A DNA stretch of 57,755 nucleotides from the NCBI GenBank assembly GCA_964593365.1, contig CAZQGQ010000001.1:118629-176383 (forward strand). Reading direction: 5' to 3'. Positions within the stretch are counted from its first letter, which is position 1; the number at the start of each line of letters is the position of its first letter. The notes under the pieces were generated by a model. That model saw only the letters and a program-made list of their open reading frames with translations, did not search any database and was not told where the DNA came from. The DNA comes from an uncultured Candidatus Saccharibacteria bacterium. GTDB lineage: Bacteria > Patescibacteriota > Minisyncoccia > Phycocordibacterales > Phycocordibacteraceae. Made by a program: the position numbers and the translations under genes. This document shows, in pieces, positions 24,489 to 33,782 of this stretch.

Positions 24489-24516
24489 AAAACAGCCCGT
24501 CTAAGCGGGCTGTTTT
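24489..24516 (+). terminator. intrinsic terminator
   Basis: AAAACAGCCCG-tctaag-CGGGCTGTTTT. Confidence 0.7.
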
Positions 24517-24650
24517 CTATTGTTCTATATTCTGTGGAAGTAGCCTCATGAGGTTAGAACTTCGCTCATGCAAAGCAGATCCTTATACTTTCTACAGTAG
24601 GAACAGGAATCTTCATAGGTTTACAATTTATCTCGCCATATACTGGTTCT

Positions 24651-24950
24651 ATGAAAACATCACACAAAATTCTGTTAGGTGTGCTTATCGTTATCGCACT
24701 TGCATTACTCGCACGGTACGTTGTGTTCGCGGACCAGTTTGAAGAATGGGGAGCAGGTCTGGAGCGTATTGGTGAATGGGAACAGGACTATAGAGCTAAT
24801 AATCCTGATGCCACCGATGAGGAAGTAGATGCGGCATTTAAGTCTGACATGGCGCAAATTTCGCTCTGGATGGAGCGATACAAGGCAGAGAATCCAGGAG
24901 CAACAGATGCAGATGCAGAAGCGGCGTTCAACGCTGCGTGGGGTAATTAG
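24651..24950 (+). CDS. small membrane-anchored protein with internal tandem repeat (99 aa)
   Basis: TM segment (ILLGVLIVIALALLARYVVF) followed by two copies of Y[RK]A[NE]NP[DG]ATD..[VA][DE]AAF. Confidence 0.5.
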   Translation: MKTSHKILLGVLIVIALALLARYVVFADQFEEWGAGLERIGEWEQDYRANNPDATDEEVDAAFKSDMAQISLWMERYKAENPGATDADAEAAFNAAWGN

Positions 24951-24966
24951 TTCACTCCCCACAACG

Positions 24967-24997
24967 AAAACATCCGCACGAAGATTGCGGATGTTTT
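24967..24997. terminator. bidirectional terminator (24651 gene / ssrA)
   Basis: AAAACATCCGCA-cgaagat-TGCGGATGTTTT. It sits 9 nt from the tmRNA 3' end. Confidence 0.7.
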
Positions 24998-25005
24998 CTT
25001 AATTG

Positions 25006-25413
25006 TGGAGGTGGCGAGAGTCGAACTCGCGTCCGAATCCGTCAATGAAAGCGACTCTACGACGCGTAGTCTCAGTTAGGTACTAGAGCAGGGTGCGAGG
25101 AACTGAAACGAAACCACTCCTGCCTGATCCCTTGTTTAGGTACTGCGCTCGGGAGGGCGCGTATCGATCTCATAGGTTATTCCGCCCGTACCCTCCGCTA
25201 TGAGAACCGGAAGATGCGAACGTCGCTTAGGCGAGGGCCGTTAGGCTACGCGGTAAGCGAACGCAAAGTCCTTCATACCGAAGTACGGAGAGACAGATGC
25301 GCTTGCAAGAGAATTCTTGGCAAGTTTGAGTGCCTGCGAGATTTAGATGGTCAGCAGACTTCCATCGCGTCGCACGTCTTTCAAAGAGCAGACCGTCAAA
25401 GCCGGTCACCCCC
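25006..25413 (-). ncRNA. ssrA: tmRNA (transfer-messenger RNA)
   Basis: The minus-strand 5' end is GGGGGTGACCGGCTTTGACGG. The 3' end is GGACGCGAGTTCGACTCTCGCCACCTCCA. The acceptor helix GGGGGTG/CACCTCC includes the G3:U70 alanine identity pair, and the T-arm is GCGAG-TTCGACT-CTCGC. CCA is not encoded. smpB lies immediately upstream. Confidence 0.9.
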
Positions 25414-25422
25414 GGAAAAGGC

Positions 25423-25431
25423 ATTATACCA
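25423..25431 (-). promoter_or_regulatory. extended -10 (TGgTATAAT) of ssrA
   Basis: The minus strand reads TTTTGGTATAATgccttttccGGGGG. It sits 9 nt before the mature 5' G, in the 43-nt gap after the smpB stop. Confidence 0.55.
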
Positions 25432-25456
25432 AAACGCGCTTTCCGGGACTTCCTGG

Positions 25457-25912
25457 CTACTTCCGTTTCATCACTCGCTCGATATCTCGATCGGCGTCTT
25501 TCTTCTTCAGTTCCTCCCTTCGATCTGTCTTTCCCTTGCCGCGCACGATACCGATGCGCACCTTGATGTACCTATTATTATATACCTCAAAAGGCACACT
25601 TGTCAAGCCCTTCTTCGTTTCCGCTTCTGCTATCTGCGCGATCTCGTCCTTCTTCAGAAGAAGCCGACGAGGATGCTCAGGGTCATACGCCTTAGGCGCG
25701 TTAGCTCCTCCTTGGTAAGGAGGGATGGTCATCCCGACCAGATATGCTTCTCCTCCGCGCACAATGATGCGCGACCCGTCCAAGGACCCGTGCTTGCCGC
25801 GAAGCGATTTGGTCTCGCTTCCGGAAAGTTCTATGCCAGCTGAAAACGCCTCCACCAGGGTGTAGCGCATCTTCGCCTTCTTGTTCTCGATGAGAATCCC
25901 TGAATCGGCCAT
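25457..25912 (-). CDS. smpB: SsrA-binding protein SmpB
   Basis: Starts MADSGILIENKKAKMRYTLVEAFSAGIELSGSETKSLRGKHGSL and ends in a basic C-tail. The track ORF (to 26119) over-extends into ftsH. Confidence 0.93.
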   Translation of the reverse strand: MADSGILIENKKAKMRYTLVEAFSAGIELSGSETKSLRGKHGSLDGSRIIVRGGEAYLVGMTIPPYQGGANAPKAYDPEHPRRLLLKKDEIAQIAEAETKKGLTSVPFEVYNNRYIKVRIGIVRGKGKTDRREELKKKDADRDIERVMKRK

Positions 25913-25961
25913 GGTTTTCATTTTCGTATACTGCATCGGTATTGTATAGTGTCGGATACGC

Positions 25962-27917
25962 ATGGCTCCACAACTAAAAAAAGGACCGGAGGTTCGCCCT
26001 TCGGCAAAAAAGGGACGAAAGCCGGGGATTCCTAAGAAGGGTCCGGCAGGTTTGTTTGGCATGGGAGGAGGATTCGGGAGCAACTTGCTCTCGGTCATAT
26101 TGATTCTCCTTGTTCTCACGAGCCTCTACACCCTTATTTCTGACGGCACTAAGGAGACTGAGAAGGTGGCGCTTTCCCAGGTCGCAGCTGATGTGCGCGA
26201 AGGAGCGATAACAGCAATCGTGGTCTCGGGAAATGACCTGAAGCTCACGTACGCAGACGGCGTGGAGAAGACCTCCATGAAAGATCCCGACCAGGGACTT
26301 CCCGATACGCTCGCAGCATATGGCGCAACGCCTGAGCAGCTCTCAACCGTCTCCATCTCTATAGAAGGAGAGTCAGGATTCCGATTCTGGTTCTCAACCC
26401 TGGTTCCTATTCTTCTCCCGATCCTCTTCCTCGTCGTCCTTTTCTGGTTCCTCGCACGCCAGGTGAAGGGAGCAGGTATGCAAGCCTTTACGTTCGGACA
26501 ATCCAAGGCGCGCATGATCGATCCGGCCGACACCAACCTACGCGTTACGTTCGCGGACGTCGCTGGCGCAAAGGAAGCGAAGGAAGAACTCGCTGAGATC
26601 GTTGATTTCTTGAAGAGCCCGAAGAAGTTCCTTGATATAGGAGCGCGTATCCCGAAAGGCATCCTCCTCATGGGAGCCGCAGGAACGGGCAAGACCTTGC
26701 TTGCGCGCGCTGTCGCTGGAGAAGCAGGCGTTCCGTTCTTCACCATCTCAGGGTCTGAGTTCGTCGAGATGTTTGTAGGTGTCGGCGCATCCCGCGTCCG
26801 TGACCTCTTCTCGATGGCAAAGCGCGCAGCTCCGGCAATTATTTTCGTAGATGAGATCGACGCAGTAGGACGTGTCCGCGGAGCAGGCATCGGCGGCGGG
26901 AACGATGAGCGCGAGCAGACCTTGAACCAGATATTGGTTGAGATGGACGGCTTCGAGCCAACCGAGAAGGTGATCGTCATGGCAGCGACCAACCGCCCTG
27001 ACGTCCTTGACCCTGCGCTCGTTCGCCCAGGACGATTCGACCGACGCGTTACCATCGACCTTCCTGATCGCAAGGATCGCGAAGAGATTTTGAAGATTCA
27101 TGCTCGCAAGAAGCCGCTTGGCCCTGACGTGAAGCTTGAAGTGATCGCAGAGCGCACGCCTGGATTCTCCGGCGCAGAGCTCTACTCCCTCATGAACGAA
27201 GGAGCGATCCTCGCCGCCCGCGAAAGCCGCAAGGAGATCACGCAGTTCGACCTCATCCGCTCGATCGAGAAGGTGATGCTCGGTCCTGAACGAAAGAGCC
27301 ATCTCCTTTCAATGAAGGAGAAGAAGATCACTGCGTATCACGAGGCAGGACACGCGCTTGTCTCAAGCGTGCTTCCGAACGCAGACCCGGTGCATAAGAT
27401 TTCTATCATCAGCCGTGGACGCGCAGGCGGGTACACGCTCCATCTTCCGTTTGAAGATCGCCGCATGCAGTCGAGAAACGAGTTCCTCGATGACATCGCA
27501 ACCACCCTCGGAGGCTACGTCGCAGAAGAGATGATCTTCGGCGATATCACGACCGGTCCTTCTAACGACCTTGCAGTGCTTACCGCGCTTGCGCGAGACA
27601 TGGTCGCCCGCTACGGCATGAGCGAGAAGCTCGGCCCAATCGCATTCGCCTCAGACCGAGGCCTTGAAGGAGGAGAGAAATACTCGCAGGACATCGCAAG
27701 CAAGATAGATGCAGAAGTATCGCGCATCATCGAAGAAGCGCGTGAGAAAGCAAAGAAAGCTCTCATTGATAACCGCAAGGCGCTCGATGCGATCGCTAAC
27801 AAGCTCGTTGAAGTGGAGACGATCGAACGAGAAGAATTCGAGAAGCTCTTGATCGCAAACGGCATCACCCCCAAGAAGAAAGAGGAGTATCAGGAAGGAA
27901 AGGTGATCACGGACTAG
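25962..27917 (+). CDS. ftsH: ATP-dependent zinc metalloprotease FtsH
   Basis: 651 aa with Walker [23 protein letters not shown], the SRH region and zinc motif HEAGHAL. Has a Lys/Gly-rich N-terminal extension before TM1. Confidence 0.98.
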   Translation: MAPQLKKGPEVRPSAKKGRKPGIPKKGPAGLFGMGGGFGSNLLSVILILLVLTSLYTLISDGTKETEKVALSQVAADVREGAITAIVVSGNDLKLTYADGVEKTSMKDPDQGLPDTLAAYGATPEQLSTVSISIEGESGFRFWFSTLVPILLPILFLVVLFWFLARQVKGAGMQAFTFGQSKARMIDPADTNLRVTFADVAGAKEAKEELAEIVDFLKSPKKFLDIGARIPKGILLMGAAGTGKTLLARAVAGEAGVPFFTISGSEFVEMFVGVGASRVRDLFSMAKRAAPAIIFVDEIDAVGRVRGAGIGGGNDEREQTLNQILVEMDGFEPTEKVIVMAATNRPDVLDPALVRPGRFDRRVTIDLPDRKDREEILKIHARKKPLGPDVKLEVIAERTPGFSGAELYSLMNEGAILAARESRKEITQFDLIRSIEKVMLGPERKSHLLSMKEKKITAYHEAGHALVSSVLPNADPVHKISIISRGRAGGYTLHLPFEDRRMQSRNEFLDDIATTLGGYVAEEMIFGDITTGPSNDLAVLTALARDMVARYGMSEKLGPIAFASDRGLEGGEKYSQDIASKIDAEVSRIIEEAREKAKKALIDNRKALDAIANKLVEVETIEREEFEKLLIANGITPKKKEEYQEGKVITD

Positions 27918-27991
27918 TCCACCCTCTTGGATTCGAACCAAGGACCGCAGAGGTATAAGCTCTGTGCTCTAACCAACTGAGCTAAGGGTGG
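27918..27991 (-). tRNA. tRNA-Ile, anticodon UAU
   Basis: The minus strand reads CCACCCT-TA-GCTC-AGTTGGTTA-GAGC-A-CAGAG-CTTATAC-CTCTG-CGGTC-CTTGG-TTCGAAT-CCAAG-AGGGTGG-A. This is a full 74-nt cloverleaf with U33, A37 and discriminator A. CCA is not encoded. It abuts the ftsH stop codon. Confidence 0.85.
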
Positions 27992-28017
27992 TATATGCGC
28001 ACTTTAGCGCACTTGGC

Positions 28018-28815
28018 TTACCGCGGAAAGATATCAAGGAGGAGATCGGACTCGTAGAAGTTCGCCGCAAGTCCTCCGAAGCTATACACCGTTCCTTCTA
28101 TTTCTATTTCGGCGCCGCCTGCCTGGGGATTCGATTTTGGTTCTGAGTTCTGGAAGCCGATGTTATAGAGAGTGGACTGCACGGCAACGTTGTTTGCAAT
28201 CGGGAAGCCAGCGCGCTCCCACTGCTTTTGTATCTGCTTCATGTAGAGACCGGCATACAGGTAACTCCAGTAGTGATTGTGCTGGTCGGTCATGCGCGCG
28301 AACCGCTCGCTCGGGACGTCAACAAGCTCCGGCATATCAAGCAGATGCTCATACGCAGCACCTAGGTAAAACGGGGAAGTGGGGTTCCTGAGGTTCGCCT
28401 CAACCTGTATCGCCGTTTCCTCCTTCATTCCCATGACGCCCCACGAGAACTTGGACTGAGGGCCGAGGATCTTCAGTGGATAGAAGAACTGCTTGTACGC
28501 TTCGCGCTCGGTAAAGAAAAGACGGAGCTGCTCGGTAATGAGGTTCGCGACGATGAGGCGCGGATGGACTCCGGAATCCTCTGCTGCGCGCTTGATAACC
28601 GCTTCGTCGCGGCGGATGGCTTCATCTAGCACTTGCCATTCCTCGGTGTCTGACCAAGGCACGTCTGCATTTCCCTTTAGGAAGCCTTCCCGCTGCATAT
28701 CGATGATGCCGCCTTCTTTGGTGAGTCCTAAACGGACGGCGCCATAGCCTGCAACGAGTACGAAGCCGATAATGGCGAAGATGATAATGATTGCTTTAAA
28801 GATGTTTTTCCACAT
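28018..28815 (-). CDS. membrane-anchored hypothetical protein (265 aa)
   Basis: N-terminal TM segment (AIIIIFAIIGFVLVAGYGAV). The extracytoplasmic domain has no firm motif; STLYNIGF is faintly transglycosylase-like, which is not enough for a call. Confidence 0.55.
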   Translation of the reverse strand: MWKNIFKAIIIIFAIIGFVLVAGYGAVRLGLTKEGGIIDMQREGFLKGNADVPWSDTEEWQVLDEAIRRDEAVIKRAAEDSGVHPRLIVANLITEQLRLFFTEREAYKQFFYPLKILGPQSKFSWGVMGMKEETAIQVEANLRNPTSPFYLGAAYEHLLDMPELVDVPSERFARMTDQHNHYWSYLYAGLYMKQIQKQWERAGFPIANNVAVQSTLYNIGFQNSEPKSNPQAGGAEIEIEGTVYSFGGLAANFYESDLLLDIFPR

Positions 28816-28890
28816 AAGTCATTGGAGTATGGGGCGACACTGATATTGGTGCAACTATAGTGCCTTTCTTCTCATGAAGTTTCCGTGCGG

Positions 28891-28896
28891 TATAAT
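28891..28896 (+). promoter_or_regulatory. consensus -10 TATAAT 12 nt before ATG 28909
   Basis: Sequence GCGGTATAATcctgggcaccccATG. It lies inside the track ORF start (28885), favouring 28909. Confidence 0.4.
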
Positions 28897-28908
28897 CCTG
28901 GGCACCCC

Positions 28909-29907
28909 ATGACCCTCCTTATAGGTACTATCGCCATTGTCGTTGCGGTTGCCGCCCTCTTCTCCTGCATCGAAGCTGCCATCTTCTGCACCTCCTATCC
29001 AAGGGTCCAGGTCCTGAAGCGCCAAGGACGCTTGGGATCCACCGCGCTTCTTGCGATACGCGAGCGCATGAGCCGTCCGGTCACGACGCTTGTGATAGGC
29101 ACGAACGTGACGACCATCGTCGGGAGTCTCTTGATCGGCCATATCGCGACAGAAGCATTCGGAGATTCAGCGCTTGGGATTATCACCGCGATCGTCACCG
29201 TGCTCATCATTATTTTTGGAGAGATCTTCCCGAAAGTGCTCGGCGAGAGGTTCTCAGAATCGATCGCGCTCTTTGCTGCGCCCACTCTGTTAGTGCTTAC
29301 CAAGGTCATCAGTCCTCTCATCTGGGTGATCGAGAAGTCGACGGACCATTTCACTGACCACTCCCGAAAGATCGTCTCTGAAGAGGAGCTCAAGATACTG
29401 AGCGAGATCGGAAGCCGCGAAGGTTCGATCGGGCACAGCGAAGGAGAGCTCATCCGCCGGGTGTTCACGCTTAACGACATGACCGCGCGCGACATCATGA
29501 CCCCTTGGAAGGTGACCGATACCTTAGTAGCGAATAAGACGATCGAAGAACTCTCGCCTGTTCTATCCAATAAGCCGTACTCGCGGTATCCGGTTCTAAG
29601 CGAGGCAGGAGCAGTGGTCGGGGTCTGCCAGACCAAGGATCTGTTGATCGCGCTTGCAAATGACCGGGGAAGCGAGCGCGTCGAGAGTTTTATGCTGCCA
29701 TTACTTGTGGTGCCACACACCAAGCGCGTGGATTATCTTCTCGCCCAGTTCCTTTCAAGCCGAAGCCATATGTCGGTAGTGCAGGGCGTGACGGGGAAGC
29801 CGGTTGGCATCGTCACCTTTGAGGACGTGTTGGAGCAGCTTGTCGGAGAGATCGTGGATGAGAGCGACGAGGTCGTTGACCTTCGCGCAGGCCACGTTAT
29901 CTCGTAG
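28909..29907 (+). CDS. CNNM/DUF21 + CBS-pair membrane protein (HlyC/CorC-type transporter family)
   Basis: The N-terminal DUF21 region has 4 TM (GEIFPKVLGERF). A tandem CBS region follows (MTARDIMTPW..., YSRYPVLSEAGAVVGV, GIVTFEDVLEQLVGEI). Confidence 0.8.
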   Translation: MTLLIGTIAIVVAVAALFSCIEAAIFCTSYPRVQVLKRQGRLGSTALLAIRERMSRPVTTLVIGTNVTTIVGSLLIGHIATEAFGDSALGIITAIVTVLIIIFGEIFPKVLGERFSESIALFAAPTLLVLTKVISPLIWVIEKSTDHFTDHSRKIVSEEELKILSEIGSREGSIGHSEGELIRRVFTLNDMTARDIMTPWKVTDTLVANKTIEELSPVLSNKPYSRYPVLSEAGAVVGVCQTKDLLIALANDRGSERVESFMLPLLVVPHTKRVDYLLAQFLSSRSHMSVVQGVTGKPVGIVTFEDVLEQLVGEIVDESDEVVDLRAGHVIS

Positions 29908-32106
29908 CTATTCTCCGTAGAGGTGCTCGGCGATTCGCGCGACGCGCGTTTTTATTCCCATATGCGCACTGAGCGTAGGATCCATCTCGACGATTTCCTT
30001 TGCAGCCTCTCGTGCCGCCTCAACCATTTTCATATTCTTGATGGCTTCCATCGCAATGTCAGAGACGCCCCATTGGCGAGCGCCATAGAGTTCTCCTGCG
30101 CCTCGAAGCGCAAGGTCGTGTTCGGCAAGCTCGAATCCGTTTGACGCGCTCTTGAGCGCTTTCAGGCGGCCGATGGTTCCTTCGGTCTTGCTCTCAGACA
30201 ATAAGAAGCAATACGGCTGATGCGTCGAGCGGATGACGCGTCCGCGAAGCTGGTGCAGCTGCGCGAGTCCGAAGCGCTCGGCTCCTTCTATCAAGATCAC
30301 GGTCGCGTTCTGCACGTTCACGCCCACCTCGACCACTGAGGTCGCGACCAGTATCTGCGTCTCGTTTCGGGAGAAGCGGCCCATGGTCTCTTCTTTCTCT
30401 GCCGGGGTCATCTTGCTGTGAAGCACTTCGACCTCGTAGTCCTTGAACTCGCCCTTCTTGAGGCGCGCTGCTTCAAGCTTCACGGACTTTGAAAGAAGCG
30501 CGAACTGCTTGGTTGGGTCCGGCTCATCGATGCGCGGGCAGATGACATAGGCCTGGTGCCCAGCTTGAAGCTCCTTATGCATGCGCTCATACGCTTTTTC
30601 GCGCGTCGCTTCGGTCACGACTTCTGTGATCACAGGCTTTCGTCCTGCAGGCATCTCATCAAGCACGCTGATATCAAGATCTCCGTACACGGTCAAGGCG
30701 AGCGTGCGGGGGATAGGGGTAGCGGTCATGGAAAGGAGATGCGGCTCTTTGCCGTCCTTTCGGGCGAGCGTCTTGCGCTGCACTTTTCCGAAGCGGTGCT
30801 GCTCGTCGATGATGGCGTAGGCGAGGTTCTTGAACTGCACGCCCTTCTGGATGAGCGCGTGCGTACCGATCACAAGCGGTATCTCACCTGCGGCAACCCA
30901 CTTAGCAAGCTGCGCGCGAGAGATCCTGGTTGCAAGCTCCTTGCGGACTTTGGATGGGAACTTATAGCACTCCTTGCCGGTGATAAGAGCGATAGGCATG
31001 TGGTGATCGCGGAAGAACTCCACGAAGGACGCGAAATGCTGCTTGGCGAGGATCTCAGTCGGGCACATGTACGCGACCTGGAGGTGCCGCGCTGCTCCAC
31101 CGAGTTCTCGTGCGTGTGCGACGGCGTATGCGGTTGCTGCGGCAACGGCAGTCTTTCCGCTTCCTACGTCTCCCTCTAAAAGTCGCATCATCGGATGCGG
31201 CTTCCCGAAGTCCTCGAGGATGGTGTCGATGGAATCCTTCTGCGCTTTTGTCGGAGTAAACGGGAAGGATGCGATGAAGTCGTTAACGATGCTGTGCGCG
31301 ACGGTGAGCGCGGGAGCGTCCTTCCTCCTGCTTTCGGCACGCGACTTTTGTACGGCCACCTGCATCACGAATACTTCCTCAAATGCGAAGCGCTTCCTGG
31401 CAGCTTCTGCGTCTGTGGCTTTCTTAGGCGCGTGTATGAATACGAGGCCGCTTGAGCACTTCGGGAGGGAATACTTTGCGCGGAGGTCTTCCGGGATCAC
31501 GTCCTCAAGCTTCTCGTGCACGCCCGCTTGGATTGCGCGCGAGATCGCTTGCCGGAACCAGAGCGTCGAGACGCCTTTGGTTTCAGGGTAGACCGCAAAC
31601 AAGGTCGGCTCTCCGCCAAACAGGGAGTCATGAGAGACCTGAGGCAAAGCTTCCGCTTTCTCGACCGAGGGGTTCGCGACGTAGGGCTTATCGGCGGTGC
31701 CTGAGACTTTTCCAGTAATTTTCACCAGTCCTCCTTGGTCAGCGACCTTCGCCATATATGGTTGGCGGAACCACATGATCTTCACTCGTCCGCTTCCGTC
31801 TTCAAGATAGGCTTCTGCAGACGGAGTACGAGTCTTCCAGGTCTTCTTGGCTTTCGCTCCCTTCAAGGTTCCGTACAACGTGATCGTCTCGCCGACGACC
31901 AAGTTGCCGATGGTGCGCACTCCTTCGCTTGATTCGTAGCGGGTGGGGAAATGATAAAGAAGATCCCGGATCGTTTTGACGCCAAGGCGGGTGAGCGCCG
32001 CTTTCTGCTCGGGCTTCAGCCTCGTGAAGTGCGTTGCGATAGGGTCTTCTGGACGCATGCGTAGAGTATAGCGTTTCTGCTTCTTTCGTTCTTCATGCTC
32101 TTCCAT
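29908..32106 (-). CDS. recG: ATP-dependent DNA helicase RecG
   Basis: 732 aa with a wedge/OB N-terminal region. Helicase motifs are GDVGSGKT, DEQHRFG, SMTATPIPRT and QLHQLRGRVIR. Confidence 0.95.
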   Translation of the reverse strand: MEEHEERKKQKRYTLRMRPEDPIATHFTRLKPEQKAALTRLGVKTIRDLLYHFPTRYESSEGVRTIGNLVVGETITLYGTLKGAKAKKTWKTRTPSAEAYLEDGSGRVKIMWFRQPYMAKVADQGGLVKITGKVSGTADKPYVANPSVEKAEALPQVSHDSLFGGEPTLFAVYPETKGVSTLWFRQAISRAIQAGVHEKLEDVIPEDLRAKYSLPKCSSGLVFIHAPKKATDAEAARKRFAFEEVFVMQVAVQKSRAESRRKDAPALTVAHSIVNDFIASFPFTPTKAQKDSIDTILEDFGKPHPMMRLLEGDVGSGKTAVAAATAYAVAHARELGGAARHLQVAYMCPTEILAKQHFASFVEFFRDHHMPIALITGKECYKFPSKVRKELATRISRAQLAKWVAAGEIPLVIGTHALIQKGVQFKNLAYAIIDEQHRFGKVQRKTLARKDGKEPHLLSMTATPIPRTLALTVYGDLDISVLDEMPAGRKPVITEVVTEATREKAYERMHKELQAGHQAYVICPRIDEPDPTKQFALLSKSVKLEAARLKKGEFKDYEVEVLHSKMTPAEKEETMGRFSRNETQILVATSVVEVGVNVQNATVILIEGAERFGLAQLHQLRGRVIRSTHQPYCFLLSESKTEGTIGRLKALKSASNGFELAEHDLALRGAGELYGARQWGVSDIAMEAIKNMKMVEAAREAAKEIVEMDPTLSAHMGIKTRVARIAEHLYGE

Positions 32107-32114
32107 GGCATACT
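32106..32114 (+). promoter_or_regulatory. extended -10 (TGgCATACT) 8 nt before amidase ATG
   Basis: Sequence CCATGGCATACTagaaatatATG. It overlaps the recG start codon on the other strand. Confidence 0.45.
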
Positions 32115-32122
32115 AGAAATAT

Positions 32123-33286
32123 ATGAAGCAGTACGCCATTGCGCTCTCAGTGTTACTTGTGACTCTTCCGCTTGTTAGCCTTGCCGCAGAAAGCGCGAAA
32201 GCGTTTCCGGTAACGGTAACTGCAGAAGACATGCGCGCCCATTACCAGGCGGGCGAGACAATAAAGGTGCTCGTGATGCCAGGACATGAGCCAGGCTATG
32301 GCGGGACGGTCTATCGCGACTTGCTTGAGCGCGACATCGCGGTCCAGATCAGCAACGAACTTGCGCTAGCGCTTCGAGCCGATCCTCGCCTTGAGGTATC
32401 TGTCGCGCGAACGACAGGGGCATGGAGTCCGGAACTCAGTGAATACTTCGAAGAGGAGTGGAAGGACATCCAGAAGTTCGTGAAAGACAAGAAGCGCGTG
32501 ATGGAGCGAATGATCAATCGCGGAGACCTTGAGCAGCGCGAATTTGAAGTTGATCACAACGCGGCAGCAACTGATGTTGCGTATCGTCTCTACGGCATCA
32601 ACCGATGGGCAAACGAAAATGACTACGACATCGCGGTCCATGTGCACTTGAACGACAACCTCGGCCACGGGCTCCAAGCTCCGGGACTCCATTCCGGGTT
32701 TGCCGTGTATGTGCCAGACGAGCAATACGGAAACGGAGCGGCGTCCAAGGCGCTTGGCGAGTCGATTGCGTCACAGTTGAACCACTTCAACGCGACCTCG
32801 ACCCTTCCGATCGAGAATTACGGCGTCGTCCCTGATCAAGACTTGATCGCGCTTGGCGCGTATAACACCGCCGAGTACGCGAGCGTGCTTATCGAGTACT
32901 CCTATATATACGAATCAAAGATCACGTATCCGGAGGCACGCGAGGCAGTTATCAAAGACTTCGCTCATCAGACGTATCAAGGTATACGGCAGTTTCTTGG
33001 CGCGCCTGTCGTAGGAAGCGATACGCGAGTGCTCCCGTACGCATGGACCGTCGGACCAATCAAAGTCGGAACTTCAAGCACGCAGGGGTACGCGCTCCAG
33101 GTCGCGCTTCATAAGCTTGGGTTCTATCCGCCAGCAGGTTCTTTGTTGATCGGCTGCCCGATATCAGGATATGTAGGGGAATGCACCATTTCCGCGCTCA
33201 AAGCCTTCCAGGCAAGCAAAGGCCTCGAGCAGACCGGCTCGATCGGTCCGAAGACCAAAGCGGCGCTCCAGTCGCATGGGTATTAG
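32123..33286 (+). CDS. N-acetylmuramoyl-L-alanine amidase (Amidase_3-like) with C-terminal peptidoglycan-binding domain
   Basis: 387 aa with a signal peptide. Contains VLVMPGHEPGYGG and DIAVHVHLND. The C-terminal PG_binding_1-like repeat is YALQVALHKLGFYP...ALKAFQASKGLEQTGSIGPKTKAAL. Confidence 0.8.
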   Translation: MKQYAIALSVLLVTLPLVSLAAESAKAFPVTVTAEDMRAHYQAGETIKVLVMPGHEPGYGGTVYRDLLERDIAVQISNELALALRADPRLEVSVARTTGAWSPELSEYFEEEWKDIQKFVKDKKRVMERMINRGDLEQREFEVDHNAAATDVAYRLYGINRWANENDYDIAVHVHLNDNLGHGLQAPGLHSGFAVYVPDEQYGNGAASKALGESIASQLNHFNATSTLPIENYGVVPDQDLIALGAYNTAEYASVLIEYSYIYESKITYPEAREAVIKDFAHQTYQGIRQFLGAPVVGSDTRVLPYAWTVGPIKVGTSSTQGYALQVALHKLGFYPPAGSLLIGCPISGYVGECTISALKAFQASKGLEQTGSIGPKTKAALQSHGY

Positions 33287-33324
33287 TTGAATTTCAACCT
33301 TGAATGCGAGATACTAAGGAGCAT

Positions 33325-33699
33325 ATGACAACACGCGCACTCGTTTTCGCACTCTTCCTTTCCTTCGTTCTTCCGTTCTCGTCCCAGGCAGCGGTAACAG
33401 GGGGAGCGCAGACCTTCGTTCGAGCTCCCATTACCGAACAGAACCGCCAGCCGGTTTCCTGCGAAGTCACGGCAAGTTCTAAGTTCGTGCAGCCGGGAGA
33501 GAAAGTAACCATCTCATGGGTAGCCCGCTATCCTATCCTCGGCTTTTACCTAGGCTCAAACACGGAAGTCCCTCCGTCAGGAAGCATGATCGTCGCGCCA
33601 ACCGAAACCACAATCTACAAGTTCAAGTTCGCCGGCATCGGCCCGTTCCAGAGATGTGGCGTTCGCGTTCGTGTCGCAGGAGACGAGGTTCCGGCCTAG
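33325..33699 (+). CDS. secreted single Ig-like-domain protein
   Basis: Start chosen at the ATG preceded by AAGGAG at 5 nt. Signal peptide is MTTRALVFALFLSFVLPFSSQAAV. Its domain (SCEVTASSKFVQPGEKVTISW...PSGSMIVAPTETTIYKF) matches the repeats of the next gene. Confidence 0.7.
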   Translation: MTTRALVFALFLSFVLPFSSQAAVTGGAQTFVRAPITEQNRQPVSCEVTASSKFVQPGEKVTISWVARYPILGFYLGSNTEVPPSGSMIVAPTETTIYKFKFAGIGPFQRCGVRVRVAGDEVPA

Positions 33700-33782
33700 C
33701 TATCCCCACACTCGTTCCCGCGGGAACAATTTCAAGGTACTCTGAGTCCGTCAGACTTATTTACCTTATACAGTCATTTCTC

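Noticed and set aside
25214-25843. ORFs overlapping the tmRNA gene and smpB: 25214..25843 (+), 25227..25424 (-), 25330..25566 (+) and 25347..25718 (+).
   Set aside because: The tmRNA and SmpB explain the region. The minus-strand 65-aa ORF is just one reading of the tmRNA and is mentioned only as an alternative tag frame.
33516-33782. Upstream in-frame extensions of track ORFs: 33516, 41161, 47939, 52777, 26119, 4411, 8188, 35754, 43680, 22344, 23980, 28885 and 18107.
   Set aside because: The extensions overlap the preceding gene, run through terminators or promoter boxes, and encode Arg-rich junk. Internal ATGs give canonical N-termini (signal peptides or conserved motifs) and fit the tight gene spacing.
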